A DNA stretch of 64,000 bases from Eledone cirrhosa (lineage: Eukaryota). Position numbers and translations under genes: made by a program. The stretch lies in the NCBI GenBank assembly GCA_964016885.1, contig OZ024742.1, positions 55,800,001-55,864,000 of the forward strand, given 5' to 3'. This document shows positions 14,029 to 26,829 of this stretch, one piece after another; positions within the stretch are counted from its first letter, which is position 1, and each line of letters begins with the position of its first letter. The notes beneath the pieces are model-generated. The model was not told the origin of the DNA, did no database searches, and worked only from the letters and a program-made list of their open reading frames with translations.

Positions 14029-14685
14029 TTGTGTATGCGTATGTATGTGTTTATGTATTTGTATATGTATATTTATGTGTGAGAGTGTGTGTATGTATTT
14101 ATTTTTACGTATGTATGTGTACGTGCATTTGTGTGTATTGCTTACCACGTGTGTTTTTTCATTTATTTGTTGCCTGTATCGCTGTCAACTTTATAATAGT
14201 CTTTTTTTTGTCTTTTATTATTATATATATTTTTTCTTATATTTATTTGCGTGTGTGAATATGTAGAGGTGTGTGTATATTTTTTTAATTTTGTGTATGC
14301 ATATGTATGCATGTATATATGTGGGTATGTATGTGTATGTATGTACGTGTGTATATACGTATGATTGTGTGTATGTATGTATATTATGTGTGTATGGCTA
14401 TGTATGTGTATGTGTATGCATGTATATATATATATACATATATTTATATTTATATATATATATATGTGTATATATATATATGTGTGGTTGTATATATGTA
14501 TGTGTATGTATGGATATGTTTATATTTATGTGTGTATGTATGTGTATATGTATGTGTATGTATATATATACATATATATATGTTTATATGTGTGTGTATA
14601 TGTATGTGTGTATGTATATATATATATATATGTGTGTATGTATATAATTGTGTGAGCGTGTGTGTGTGTGAGTTTGCATGTGTGT
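13912..14685. repeat. Compound (TA)n/(TG)n/(TATG)n microsatellite
   Basis: Directly visible; source of the spurious CV/YI ORFs. Confidence 0.9.
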
Positions 14686-14787
14686 TTTAATTTTATTTTT
14701 CCTTTCCTTCTTCCTTCTCCAGCCTCACTTTCATATAGACTGCATTTTTGTTTTTAGAATCCAATATCAACAAATACACCAGGATTT

Positions 14788-14847
14788 TTTCATTCTGATG
14801 ATTGAAAGCAAAATATTTTGCTTTTAAGAAACCACTGGTAAATGGAA
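14788..14847 (+). ncRNA. Type I hammerhead ribozyme, intact (GUA site)
   Basis: TTTCATT-CTGATGA-TTGAAAGCAAAA TA TTTTGCTTTTAA-GAAACC-ACT-GGTA-AATGGAA; all three stems pair. Confidence 0.85.
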
Positions 14848-14969
14848 TAATTGCCTTATATATATATATCAGCAAGAACATTCGCTGGGTTGCGAGATGG
14901 TATCACCTACAAGCTGTGGTCTAACACCGGCCAAGTCATTAGATGGTTCTCAGATCTAAGATCCAAGGA

Positions 14970-17150
14970 CTCATTGACAGCTACTACGCCTCAATAAGCC
15001 CGGCACTGCTCAACAAAGCATTAACCCTAGCTAGCACCAACTCTGACATAACTAATAGGAGATTGAAATCATACTTATGGCTAGGCAGACCATCATTGAG
15101 TTCAACGACTCCTTCTGGACTAGAAAGGACAGAACAGACAACTTCGACATCACAATGGGCTCAAGCGACTCTGCGCAAATCACCGATTTAGTTGGAATCT
15201 CCCTATTACATAAATTCAGAGCAGAGATCTAACCCTTGCAAGGCGGAATATATAGGGACGACGCCCTATTTACAGTCCACAATTGCACTAATCGAGGCAT
15301 TGACTTGCTTAATAAACGATTACATAGATTTTTTTTAATAACGGTCTCTCTATCACCATAGGGCCGAACCATAAGGTAGTAAATTTCCTGGACGTTACCC
15401 TAGACCTTAATATCAATTTATATTACCCTTACCATAAACCAGGTGAAATACTTACATATATTAGCCCGCACTCTAACCACCCACCGGCAGTCATTAGAGC
15501 AGTCATTAAATCTATCTCTTATAGGATCTCCATGCTATCCGCAAATAAGGAGATATTTATGAAACACGCCGCATATTATATAAGGCCCTCTCTGAGTCTG
15601 GTCATGAACAGTCTATTTACTACATACCTAAATACCATAACACAGAATCTCACCACAACCATAATAAATTTAACACTAGATCTAGAAATACAATAGCATG
15701 TAGCCAGATACGCCGGAATTTTAGCATTAACAACACCTATACAGAGAACACTAATAGTGGCAAAGGCCTACTTCCCACTCCTAGTAGCAGACTCCTTAAC
15801 CCCCCCCCCTACTCATCTAAATTAGCCACTAATATCCCTAAACGCTTCTTCTCTATCCTATCTAAACATTTCCCTCTTAACAAACTCTTTAATAAAAACA
15901 ATATTAAAATCTCATTCTCCACGACACCGAACCTAGCTAGCCAACATCGCATTCAGTAACCATCATAAACTAAAAACATATAACTCCCACACCGCGGTAC
16001 CACCACCACCCTCAAATACACAACGCCACTACACCAATACTTACTCTAATAGCATACCCCCCCCCCTAATCCTATAAGTACACACCAGCTGCATAGTTTA
16101 AACAACCCTACCCTTAGTAATCGCAACAATAATTGCAACTGCCGTTACCCTAATGCATTCCAACTTAACGGACAGTGCCTTACACCCAATATAGTATATA
16201 GGTGCACAGTTAAAACGGCATCAGATACTAGCTCCTATATTGGCTCTACCTCTAACCCTTTTAAGGTACCTATAACGCGCACTTATTTTCCTTCCCTGAC
16301 CCTAGCAATAGATGCTCAACATCTCTAGCTAGGCTCATTAACAACCTTAAATTAACCAACATTGAACACTCACTAACATGGGATATCTTGGCTACATCCC
16401 CAGCGTTCAACGGACGAAGAATCTGTTGTGATATGTGTCTTACAGAGGCCTATTACATAACTCTGTCACGACCACAACCTATTAATGATAGAATTGAGGT
16501 AACTATTAACTGCCACCATCGAAGGGCAAATTCTTCGCCAACAGAATATTTGACCCAACATAGTCATCAAATCTCGCCATTACATATAGCTAGCATGTTA
16601 AATATTTAACTCAGACTTGGATGATTATAAGATGCCTCCCCTACATTGTCTCACATTAAAGCCTATTAGCATTTCTTAGTTATAAATTACCTATGAATTT
16701 AACTTTTCAAGGAGTTACCTCCCTCGAAACCCATCTCTAATTAGTAAGGTAAATTTCCTAAAGTGGCGATTTTATTACGCATAGGCAGACCTTGCTCAAT
16801 ACAGCCTCGAGAGAAGCGTAATGCTTGCTTATAGCAGACATTTGACACATCCAGGACCCCTTTCGTGAGATACTAATATATCTAACATCAAACTCACGTA
16901 ACCACCTTACTTTACTTTATTTTATATTCCTTATTACATCTTATCTCTATTAATATTTTCATTATCTCATTGAAGTTCTGAAGAGCTGCTCCATTACATT
17001 ACCTAAGTTACTTATCTTCATCTGAACCTGATCAATAACGATCCCTAATTAACTGATCCAGAGACATTATATGGAGTAGTGAAACAATTGTAAACAGACA
17101 TTATTATACCTCACATTAAACTATAATTACACTCTTATTCCTTACATTAA
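14970..17150 (+). mobile_element. Penelope-like element (Naiad-like), 5'-truncated, frameshifted
   Basis: IDSYYASISP, FDITMGSSDS, GGIYRDDA, VNFLDVTL, HSNHPP, NCNCRYP, YIGSTS, CCDMCLTE...NCHH. Confidence 0.9.
16975..17095 (+). ncRNA. Type I hammerhead ribozyme with ~75 nt stem II loop (GUA site)
   Basis: GTT-CTGAAGA-GCTGCTCCAT...ATGGAGTAGT-GAAAC-AATT-GTA-AAC. Confidence 0.8.
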
Positions 17151-17268
17151 ACTGCAAATATGTTGACACTCTTTAACTAACGTCTCCCTTGTAAATTTTG
17201 TAGTCTTGTTTTGCTTAACTAATGAATATTTCCAGTTCTGTGCACCTAATCTCTGCATGAACACAGCG

Positions 17269-17309
<41 letters not shown>

Positions 17310-18009
17310 GTAGTTTAGGTGATTCAGTGACTTACTGGTGGTGGTAAAAAATAAGCACTTGATGCACAGGCAGAGTGTATATATTAATAAGAATGGGGAA
17401 GTTTCGTTTACATGCATTTAGATTTTTATTGATTTTTAGTGTATCGAGGTGATACGCGCCTTTACCTGAGGATTGATTCACGGTCACCCATAGAAGATAT
17501 GGACCCGACTCCAATACTGACCTGCGCTTCAGATGGTTATGCGATAAAAATATGTTTGTTGGGATTTGTGTGATGATGGCTGTATATATAAGCATCAGCC
17601 CTATTTTTTCATGTGGGCCTGTGTGGGCGTTGGAGTGAAATAGATAGGACAACTTTATGCCTATATATACTCACGTATATTCATGTGTATGTGTGCGCGT
17701 GTAACGATTCATGCGTTTTTACGTGTGCACATTCGCACGTGTTGGTATGTGAATTGGACATCCAAAGTCAAGCTTTTCTGTAAACAGGAAGCTGAATTGG
17801 AGGGTGACCGTATTGATATGTTGGTATGGCTTGTGTCACGTTACGGTGACTCATTATAAGATATAAGGTCAACGCAACTGTAATGACAATTCACAGTAAA
17901 CGACTACGACCACCAAGTATATAAGAAATAAATTTATAAGTTGATGAATGGGTTTGTTCGTTCAGAGCGTAAGTATATTACTAATGAAACATTATATATA
18001 ATACAACAG

Positions 18010-18198
18010 GGGCGGTGGATTGGCAGTATCGGTAGAGGGCCGGACGCCATGCTTTCCAGCATAGCTACGTCCCTTTACGATCTGAGTTCAAATCCCGCCG
18101 AGGTTGACTTTACCTTTCATCCTTACGGGGTCGATAAAATAAAGTACCAGTAATTCACTGGGTGATTGCTGGCCTTGTGCCTAAAGTAGAAACAATTA
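18010..18198 (+). mobile_element. tRNA-derived SINE (Meta-domain-like centre)
   Basis: A-box TGGCAGTATCGG, B-box GAGTTCAAATCC, central CCTTTCATCCTTACGGGGTCGATAAAATAAAGTACCAG; at least 5 full copies in the window. Confidence 0.85.
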
Positions 18199-18385
18199 TA
18201 TATAATACAACATCAATAAAAATAGCAACGAAATGTATATATGTGCAAATGCACATATATACATACAAAGCTTGGTGCACATAATCCATGCATACACACA
18301 CGAGCATGCACATATAGCATATAGATACCAACGCACAAGCGTACACACGCAAGGTCAAACACATATAAATAAAGATGCATATACA

Positions 18386-18462
<77 letters not shown>

Positions 18463-18464
18463 TA

Positions 18465-20939
18465 TATGTTGGTTGTTTGCCGACACCTCAGTATGCAGAT
18501 TGGAGCACTCGACGAGGTGCGCAGGTTGGTTTGGTTACTCCGGAGTAATGTAAAATAAACTAAAATAAATAAGTCAAATATTTAAAATTTACCTTCGCTT
18601 ATTACTGCTATATATATTTCGGTGACAGCCATCTTTGGCTGTGATCTCTTTAGGCAGTCCGAATTAATGTGGTAGAGACGAGTACACATGTTTTTGAGGT
18701 GTTAACTATGTCAATACTCTGATATGCCCAGTTCCTGGTTGGGTTGTTGTTTCTATGAGGAACTGGAGTCATATGAATTTAAACAAACGAATTCCAGCGT
18801 CAAAGGACATTCTCTCGTCCCATTGGTCAATTGTGAGAACATTCCTCAGTCAAAAGTATATAGAAATTCTTTCTGAGGCGAGGCTATCTGTAGTGGTTGT
18901 TTTTGTTATTGTTAAGTACATCTGACCTCTACCCTTATGTTTGTATTTGTATTGGTGCTGCGGTCAGCTTAAGTCTTACTGCTGCTGATTTTAGGAGGAT
19001 CTGTGTGTGTGTGCTGGCATCCATCCTGCCACTATTTCTCGTGGTGGTGTTTGGGTGGGGGTGGGGGGGGGCAAGCTTATGAAGAAATAAAAGGCAATAA
19101 AATGAAAAAATAAAAAAAGAAGAGAACAATAGAATGAAATGAAAATGTAAATGACTAAAAAATAAGAATAAAATAAAGAAATAAAAAAGTCAAGTAGAGT
19201 AAAATGAAATAAAATAAGATAGAAAATAAATATAATATAAGCAAATAAGTGTGGGTGTGTGTGGGTGTGTGTGTGTGGGAGTGTGCAGAGGGGATGCAAC
19301 TGGACCTGTGCCTGTGCGTGCTTGCCTGGAACGATGCGAGTTGATAGACACGAATATGAGCTCCATGCCATAATGGGAACTGTAGTCCTCCACATTTTCC
19401 GATTTCAACACCCGGGTTATGGGCTATTACACTCCACCCTTGTCTCACCTGCTCTTAATACACAACACACCATGATAGTCTAGGGATTGATTCTGACACA
19501 GCCTTTCTAATTTGTCCAGCATCTTCCAAATCTTTCTAAATTTGAGATCGGTTATAACACACACACATTTTATTTGAATATCCTATTTTATTCTTCTATC
19601 ATCGTATTCCTTCTACCATTTTATCATTTTTTTTGTTTACTTATTTGCTTATATTATATTATTTTTTCTATCTTATTTTATTTCATTTTACTCTACTTGA
19701 CTTTTTTATTTCATTATTTTATTCTTATTTTTTAGTCTTTTACATTTTCATTTCGTTCTATTGTTCTCTTCTTTTTATTTTTTCATTATATTGCCTATTA
19801 TTTCTTCATATGCTTGGCACAACCCCCCCCCCCCCACACACACACACACACACCACCACCACGAGAAATAGTGGCAGGATGGATGCCAGCACACACACAC
19901 AGATCCTCCTAAAATCAGCAGCAGTAAGACTTAAGCTGACCGCAGCACCAACACCAATACCAACATAAGGGTAGAGGTCAGGTGTACTTAACAATAGCAA
20001 AAACAAACACTACAGACCGCATCACCTCAGAAAGAATTTCTATAGACTTTTGATTGAGGAATGCTCTCACAACTGACCAATGGGAGGAGAAGATCTTCCA
20101 AATCTTTCTAACTTTGAGATTGGTTATAACACACACATTTTATTGGATTATCTTATTTTATTCTTTTATCATCTTATTCCTTCTACCATTTTATCTTCTT
20201 TTTGTTTACTTTTTTGGTTACTTATTTGCCTATATTATCTTATATTATTTTATTTTAGTCTATCTTATTTCATTTTGTTTCATTTTACTCTACTTTTCTT
20301 TATTTTATTCGCATTTTTTAGTGTTTTACCTTTTCATTTCATTCTATTGTTTTTTTATTATTTATTATTTATTTATTATTTTTTATTTTCTTCATCTTAT
20401 TGCCTCCTATTCCTTCATATGCTTGCCCCTCCCCCCAACCACCACCACCACTACCACGAGATATGGTGGCAGGATAGATGCCAATACACACACAGATCCT
20501 CCTAAAATCAACAGCAGCAGGAATTAAGTCTGACCCCAGCACCAACACCACTACCAACATAAGGGTAGAGGTCAGATGTACTTAACAATAACAAAAACAA
20601 CCACTACAGATAGCCTCGCCTCAGAAAGAATTTCTATAGACTTTTGATTGAGGAATGTTCTTACAACTGACCAATGGCACGAGAGGATGTCCTTTGACGC
20701 TGAAATTCGTTTGTTTAAATTCATATGACTCCAGTTCCTCATAGAAACAACAACCCAACCAGGAACTGGGCATATCAGAGTATTGACAAAGTTAACACCT
20801 CAACAACATATGTACTCGTCTCTCCCACACTAATTCGGACTGCCTGAAGAGGTCACAGCCAGAGATCGCTGTCACCGAAATATATATAGCAGTAATAAAC
20901 GAAGGTAAATTTTAAATATTTGACTTATTTATTTTAGTT

Positions 20940-20947
<8 letters not shown>
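18465..20947. repeat. Family C inverted and tandem array
   Basis: Minus copy 18465-19250 is inverted against plus tandem copies starting at 19521 and 20093 (ATCTTCCAAATCTTTCTAA); flanked by (TA)n. Confidence 0.85.
20839..20893 (+). ncRNA. Type I hammerhead ribozyme, intact (AUA site, family C)
   Basis: ACTGC-CTGAAGA-GGTCACAGC...GCTGTCACC-GAAA-TATATA-TA-GCAGT. Confidence 0.85.
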
Positions 20948-20978
<31 letters not shown>

Positions 20979-21000
20979 ATATAGAAAAACTTCTACATGT

Positions 21001-21065
21001 CTAGAACTGTTTCATTCGTGAGAAATCATCAGGCTGATGATTTCTCACGAATGAAACAGTTCTAG
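21001..21065. repeat. Perfect 32 bp-arm palindrome made of two head-to-head hammerhead cores
   Basis: Arms 21001-21032 and 21034-21065; each reads CTGATGA-TTTC-TCAC-GAAT-GAAACAG outward from the centre. Confidence 0.85.
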
Positions 21066-21911
21066 TGCACATATGTAGACATATTTTTGTTGTGCCCTAC
21101 ATGAATGATGCATCTGTAGACAATTCTAGAGTCAAAGGCAATTGTTTAACCAGACACTCCGTATGGGATCTGCAGTTGCATTTCTATTCCTGTGGGTACG
21201 GTACTCTAACTGTTCACCTACGGCTTTTTATCACAACTAGATTTATTTAAACAGGTTTACGCGTATCTGTATATGTATTGCGCATGCGTATGTGCATATG
21301 CATACATTTATACGTATGAGTATATAAATATAAAGACGCAAACACAGTCACACTTACAAAAATACGTACTCACAGACATACATTCACACAAATACATACA
21401 CATCCATTTACACAAAAACACGCATACATATACACTCACTCACAGCGTAGCAAATGGAAGGGCAGCTGCTCTTTTGTATATTTTTTCACCATCTTCTTCC
21501 TGCCTTACATTGACAGAAACACACACACAGACATTGTCTGTGTGATTATATAATTCATCAAGATAGTGATGTTTTAACGGCTACTTATGACATTCAAAAT
21601 TTTTAAAAACCAATTATAATTTTGAAGCATTTTTTATTCATTCCTCTTTTAGTTTCACATTGGTGCGGGCACAGATGCAACATTTGACGTTTAATTGTCA
21701 CAAACATAATTTCGACATTGTACTAAACTTGTGTCTTATTCATTGACCAATCATCTTCAACAGTAACCTTGAACCCCGTAAGCCCTTGTGAATAAAAGAT
21801 AGTAGGTTAAATATTTGTGGCAGCAGCTTGTAGAGCACATTAATATTTTAACCTAGTAAACCTAAACATTCACCCTATTTGATACCAACATGTTGTTATC
21901 ATTTACATTTA

Positions 21912-22100
21912 GCGGTGGATTGGCAGTATCGGTAGAGGGGCGGAGGCCATGCTGTGCAGCATAGAGTTACGCCTCGATACAGTCTCAGTTCAAATCCTGC
22001 CGAGGTTAACTTTGCCTTTCATCCTTACTGGGTCGATAAAATAAAGCACCAGCAATGCACTGGGATAATTGCTGGCCTTGTGCTAAAAGTAGAAACAATT
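21912..22100 (+). mobile_element. tRNA-derived SINE with 11 bp TSD
   Basis: Same family as 18010; ATTTACATTTA at 21901-21911 and 22101-22111. Confidence 0.9.
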
Positions 22101-22180
22101 ATTTACATTTAACGGAGTTCATTCTATTCCCTTTACTTGTGACCCTTGGGTAGAGTGAGGATAAGTTTTTGTATTCCAAA

Positions 22181-22367
22181 TAATTGTTTCTACTTTTGGC
22201 ACACGGCCAGCAATAATCCAGTGCATTACTGGTACTTTATTTTATCGACCCCGTAAAGATGAAAGGCAAAGTTAACCTCGGCAGGATTTGAACTCAGAAT
22301 GGCAAGGGCCGCAACTCTATGCGTCAAAGCTTGGCGTCCGACGCTCTATCGATACTGCCAATCCACC
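22181..22367 (-). mobile_element. tRNA-derived SINE
   Basis: Reverse complement of the family; CCAAATAATT repeated at both flanks. Confidence 0.85.
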
Positions 22368-23589
22368 AAATAATTACCTCAAACATTGTGCAACAAATCC
22401 ATGTTGCTGCACTTTCTCCTCAGAATAAATTCCGTTTATTCTTTTGTTCTTTTGATAATTAGACTGCAGCAATGCTGAGCCACCGCTTTCAGTTAGTAAA
22501 CTATATCGATCCGCGTACTGATTACTTCCAATTTGATACTTATTGATCTCCTTTCGTCGAGTCACTAAATTACATGACATAGATACAGACATAGACACAC
22601 ACATAAAATGGATACAGACACACGCAGGCAGGCACAGACAGACACACACACACTCACAGACAATACATACCATTCACAAGGCATTAATCAAGCAGAGGTT
22701 ATGGTAAAAGACACATACACCGTGTGTTTGCGAAACGTACTGCTTAACTGCATTGATATTTTATTTCAACTTAGGATCCTATCCTGCAGCATCAGGCGAA
22801 AGTCATTTGTCTTCGTAAAATACTGACGAAAGTATTGTATACAATGTCTTCTTGAAAGTACAATAACGTCAGGACATTATATTTTATGGTGTATTCAGAA
22901 TTCTCTGGGCACTGTATTTAATCTTTGTAGAAATCATTAATTGTATTTTTTATAAACATCGGCAATATATTTTAATAGGCAAATTAAAGGTTAAGTTTAA
23001 AAAAAAATAAAATAAAATTATCAGATCTCTTTCACTGTGTTGTATTGTAAATATCTCAACTAATTTAAAACATTTTCCTTTGCTGAAACTGGAGACACAA
23101 GAGAAGACAAAACACTAACAATACAAATATTAGATTCAATTTTATATAACGTTTCTCTTGCGGATATAAACAAAAACTAAAGTAGATTAAGTGACACTAA
23201 AATATATATATATTTATCGATCATTAAAATACATTATTAACAAGAAAATAAAGCCTCAGAGAAAATTAGAAACGGAATTTGAATGAAATATGAACGGAAA
23301 GATAGTAAAAGAAATTCAAGTATTTCTAGTATAGATTTAATGTTTTCAAGACTGATATACCAGCAAACAAAACTATAATACCAATCTTTATAGGAAAATA
23401 CTAAATTATTTAAATTCATATCTTAAATATTTGTATAGTGAGATCCTTTTCCAGAAAGATATAAGATACATTATATAAAATATATCAAATTTTGAAGCAT
23501 TGGTAATAGTGACAATATATATATATATATAATAAATAATGGCAAACAGAGAGGTACAAACTCAATTAGTGTTATTAGATGCTTTAGAT

Positions 23590-23999
23590 CATTGTTTCAC
23601 AAAATGGGAGGTTCCCCCCATCCTGGGGGCAGTGCTTTGATATCGGGAGGAGGGGGGGGGGCGACAGTGTAGAATTTAAAAGAAGAAAAAACAAGCTATT
23701 TATTGTTTACATTTTAAACAATAAATAGCTTGTTTTTTCCTTTTTTCTTTACAAAGTCTGAATAACAAAATATATCTCATAGACTCAGCCACTAAGATAG
23801 AAGAAGTATTGGGGGTAATTGTGAAGACCAAATAAAATGATTTATTAAATTAATTATTATTTTTCAAAAACATATTTTGTGTTTAATATTGTTGTTTTCA
23901 CTTTGAAAAAAAAACAGCTGCGTATATTGGGAGAGGAGGCGCTAGGAATCTATCTGGAAGCCAAGGGGTCGCCAGCCTGAAAAGGTTTGGGAAACTCTG
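23590..23999. mobile_element. Non-autonomous hAT-type MITE
   Basis: TIRs CATTGTTTCACAAA / TTTGGGAAACTCTG; 8 bp TSD CTTTAGAT at 23582-23589 and 24000-24007. Confidence 0.8.
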
Positions 24000-24699
24000 C
24001 TTTAGATGAAAGGTAGTTCTTCATCAGGAGAGTACGGAAGTGGATAAATTAGTAGATAAATATAGAAAAGTGGGGATAGGTGAGTCTGTTTGTGTTTTTA
24101 AACTTTTGTGTATATAACCATATATGGGGTGGATTGGTCTCTACATTGTTCGTGATGGTATCTAAGTATGTCCGTCAGTATTGACATTCTATCTGTGTGT
24201 GTTTTGTCTGTGCATGATATCAAATATAACAGACATTATTAGTGGAAAGTATGTATATGTTCATTATGTATGCATTCATTAAAAACAACGAAACTCAACC
24301 ACAAGGCGGACTAGCTGATGTTGAAAACAAAAAAAGGCTGTTAAATTGTCACAACAACCACACTATACAATGATAAGTGAAAAATGCGTGAGTATATATA
24401 TGCTGATGACTGTATGCATGTCTATGTATGTGTGTCTGTGTGTGCGTATCTACGTTTGATTATTCATAAGTGTGTTAAAGTTTTTTTTGTGTTTTTTTTT
24501 TGTATGTTTAAATATATCTAGATGTGTGTGAGTATTTCCATGTGGTGCCGTAATTTTGTATCCGGAGGGTTATGCGCAGGGAGGGTACTGGATGCAGTGC
24601 ATAGATCAGATTAGAGGAAGAGGGTCGGTGCATTTAAGCCATTAATAGTAGAGGGATTTAGAAAAAAAATCCTTTTTTATCTCCGGGAGGTGCCAGAAT

Positions 24700-25330
24700 C
24701 AAAGTCGAACACATTTAGCTGACGTCGGCAAAAAGATTTGTGGGAGGTCACATTCGATGGTGCAGATCTGTGACATGGTGAGATGACTCGCATGAGCAGG
24801 CCAGTTGGCGGTAGAGAATGGGCTCACTGGAGGGGAAGGAATATCTTGTTGGGTGTATATAAGTCGACCACCACATGGGATGTGATGGGGATGAAGACAA
24901 CGGCAATTTCCTGTTTCGCTTGATTAAAGTATATGAAATAAATAGCTGGTGATCGTTGTAATTTCCAGTGCCATGCTTCTCCAAAACTGGTCATATTGCA
25001 TGATCTAATCCCACTCTAGCTTTAAAGTCACCCAAGATGAGGAGCTTCTCTTTCCTTGGAAAGTTTCGCACCGGATTCTCAAAATGCTGATAAATGTTTT
25101 CAATGCTTTCAATGGAATGTGTCATTGTCGGTGCGTAAACACTCACAATTGTCAGGAAAAAATCATTTAGCTGGGGCCGAAATGATATGCGCTTTGAAGG
25201 TCTTGGATACAGTCTAGGACTGAGTTTTTAATTGCAAAACCAACGCGCGAATCTCTCTTTTTTCCTTCAAACAGATCTTTACAAAAAATGTGTGACATAA
25301 TAGCTTTTCATTAAATCGCCATCTACAGGT
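24700..25330 (-). mobile_element. Decayed LINE APE endonuclease fragment (RTE-like)
   Basis: Minus strand reads TIVSVYAPT, LLILGDFKARVG and DHQL. Confidence 0.7.
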
Positions 25331-26439
25331 AGATGAACTTTACACCATTCCTGCAATTAACGCAACCAGGAAGAGAGCAAAAATATTATATAATTTATTA
25401 ATGTTCATACACAGAACAAAAGTGTTAGTCAAGGTTCGACGTCCGACATTGACCATATCTCCAGAATGCAAGTGGGATAAAAATTGTGACCTATCTTCTG
25501 GCGCTTATACGAGTTTATAATATACCGTTAAATTTAATGCGTGCTAAAAAATGCTACTGGTTTACGGAAAACACATTATAACAAAGGAAATATCTCTAGG
25601 ATGTGAATTTGAAAAGTGAGATCGTACATGTGTTAGGGTTTGTATGCTTTAGAAGAAGTATTGAATCTTCGGATAGAATGTAATATAGAGATAGTAACGT
25701 TTATTAAGGAATGGAGTAAAGTAGTATAGTCTTTTGATTATGACCTCATGCTCTTCATAGGTTTCTTTAAAGGCTTCAACATTTCCATTGAAGAGGAAGC
25801 CAGCATATATCTCTTGAATCTTTTCGATGTGAAAGTCAATATATCGAACAGCCTGTAGCACACGAATAGAAAGCCTATTGCCATTCTAACCATCCAGCAT
25901 AATTAAAATTCTGGTCAAAAACATCTCATAGAAGCTTTTTCGTTTATCAGATAACGAGCATATCTTCACCGATCATTCTACTTATTACATATGTATATGC
26001 TTGAATGTGTGCATATGAGCATATATTCGAGTATATGTATGTATGTGTGTGTATACATCTGTGCGCACACATGCAAACGCAGGAGCGTGTAAATAATCGT
26101 ATACGTGTGTGTATAATTACTATTTACTTTATCTTCGTTTACGAATACATCCACATCGGTCAGAGCATATGTATGCGCCTAAATCCGAAAACATTATTTT
26201 TATTATTATTAATAATTTCAGCATTTTTATGCTTAATAATGTTATTACTATTAATATCATTTTCCATATATGCTAGCTGGAAATTATTCAGCTATTCTAA
26301 AAATGATATTAGTCTCCTAATTTTTTCAAAGCAATAATATGATTTTTCCAAAGCAAGAAAGTGTTCTTCTCGCTCCATATAATGACGTAATTCTACTTGC
26401 TTACAATTCATCTCAAGAGACTGCCCTCACGAACTACCA

Positions 26440-26645
26440 TTACGGGGTCGATAAAATAAAGTACCAGTAATACACTGGAAATTACTGGCCTTGTGCCATA
26501 AGTAGAAAGAATTATGATTTCAAAAGTTTCTACTTTTAATTACCCCAGTGCATTACTGGCATTTTATTTTACAGTGTCGATAAAATAACGTACCAGTAAT
26601 GCACTGGGGTAATTGCTGGCCTTGTGCTAAAAGTAGAAACAATTA
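26440..26645. mobile_element. Rearranged SINE 3' halves (+/-/+)
   Basis: GTCGATAAAATAA.GTACCAGTAAT...GTAGAAA occurs twice with a short inverted piece between. Confidence 0.75.
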
Positions 26646-26829
26646 TGTTTTCAAAAGGCATTATTTTGTCGTAACATTTTAGAAATATTTATTTCTGCAT
26701 CTACAGATTGATTTTTCCACTGTTTGACTATGGTACTTAGGGTGAAAGCAGATGAATTTTGCTTAAACTTTTAATCTATGATAAGAAAAAAACATATATT
26801 TGCTCTACGGGATTATATATACTTATATA

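Noticed and set aside
25649-25975. Protein-like 70 aa ORF as a host exon
   Set aside because: No recognisable domain or partner exons; a homology search would be needed.
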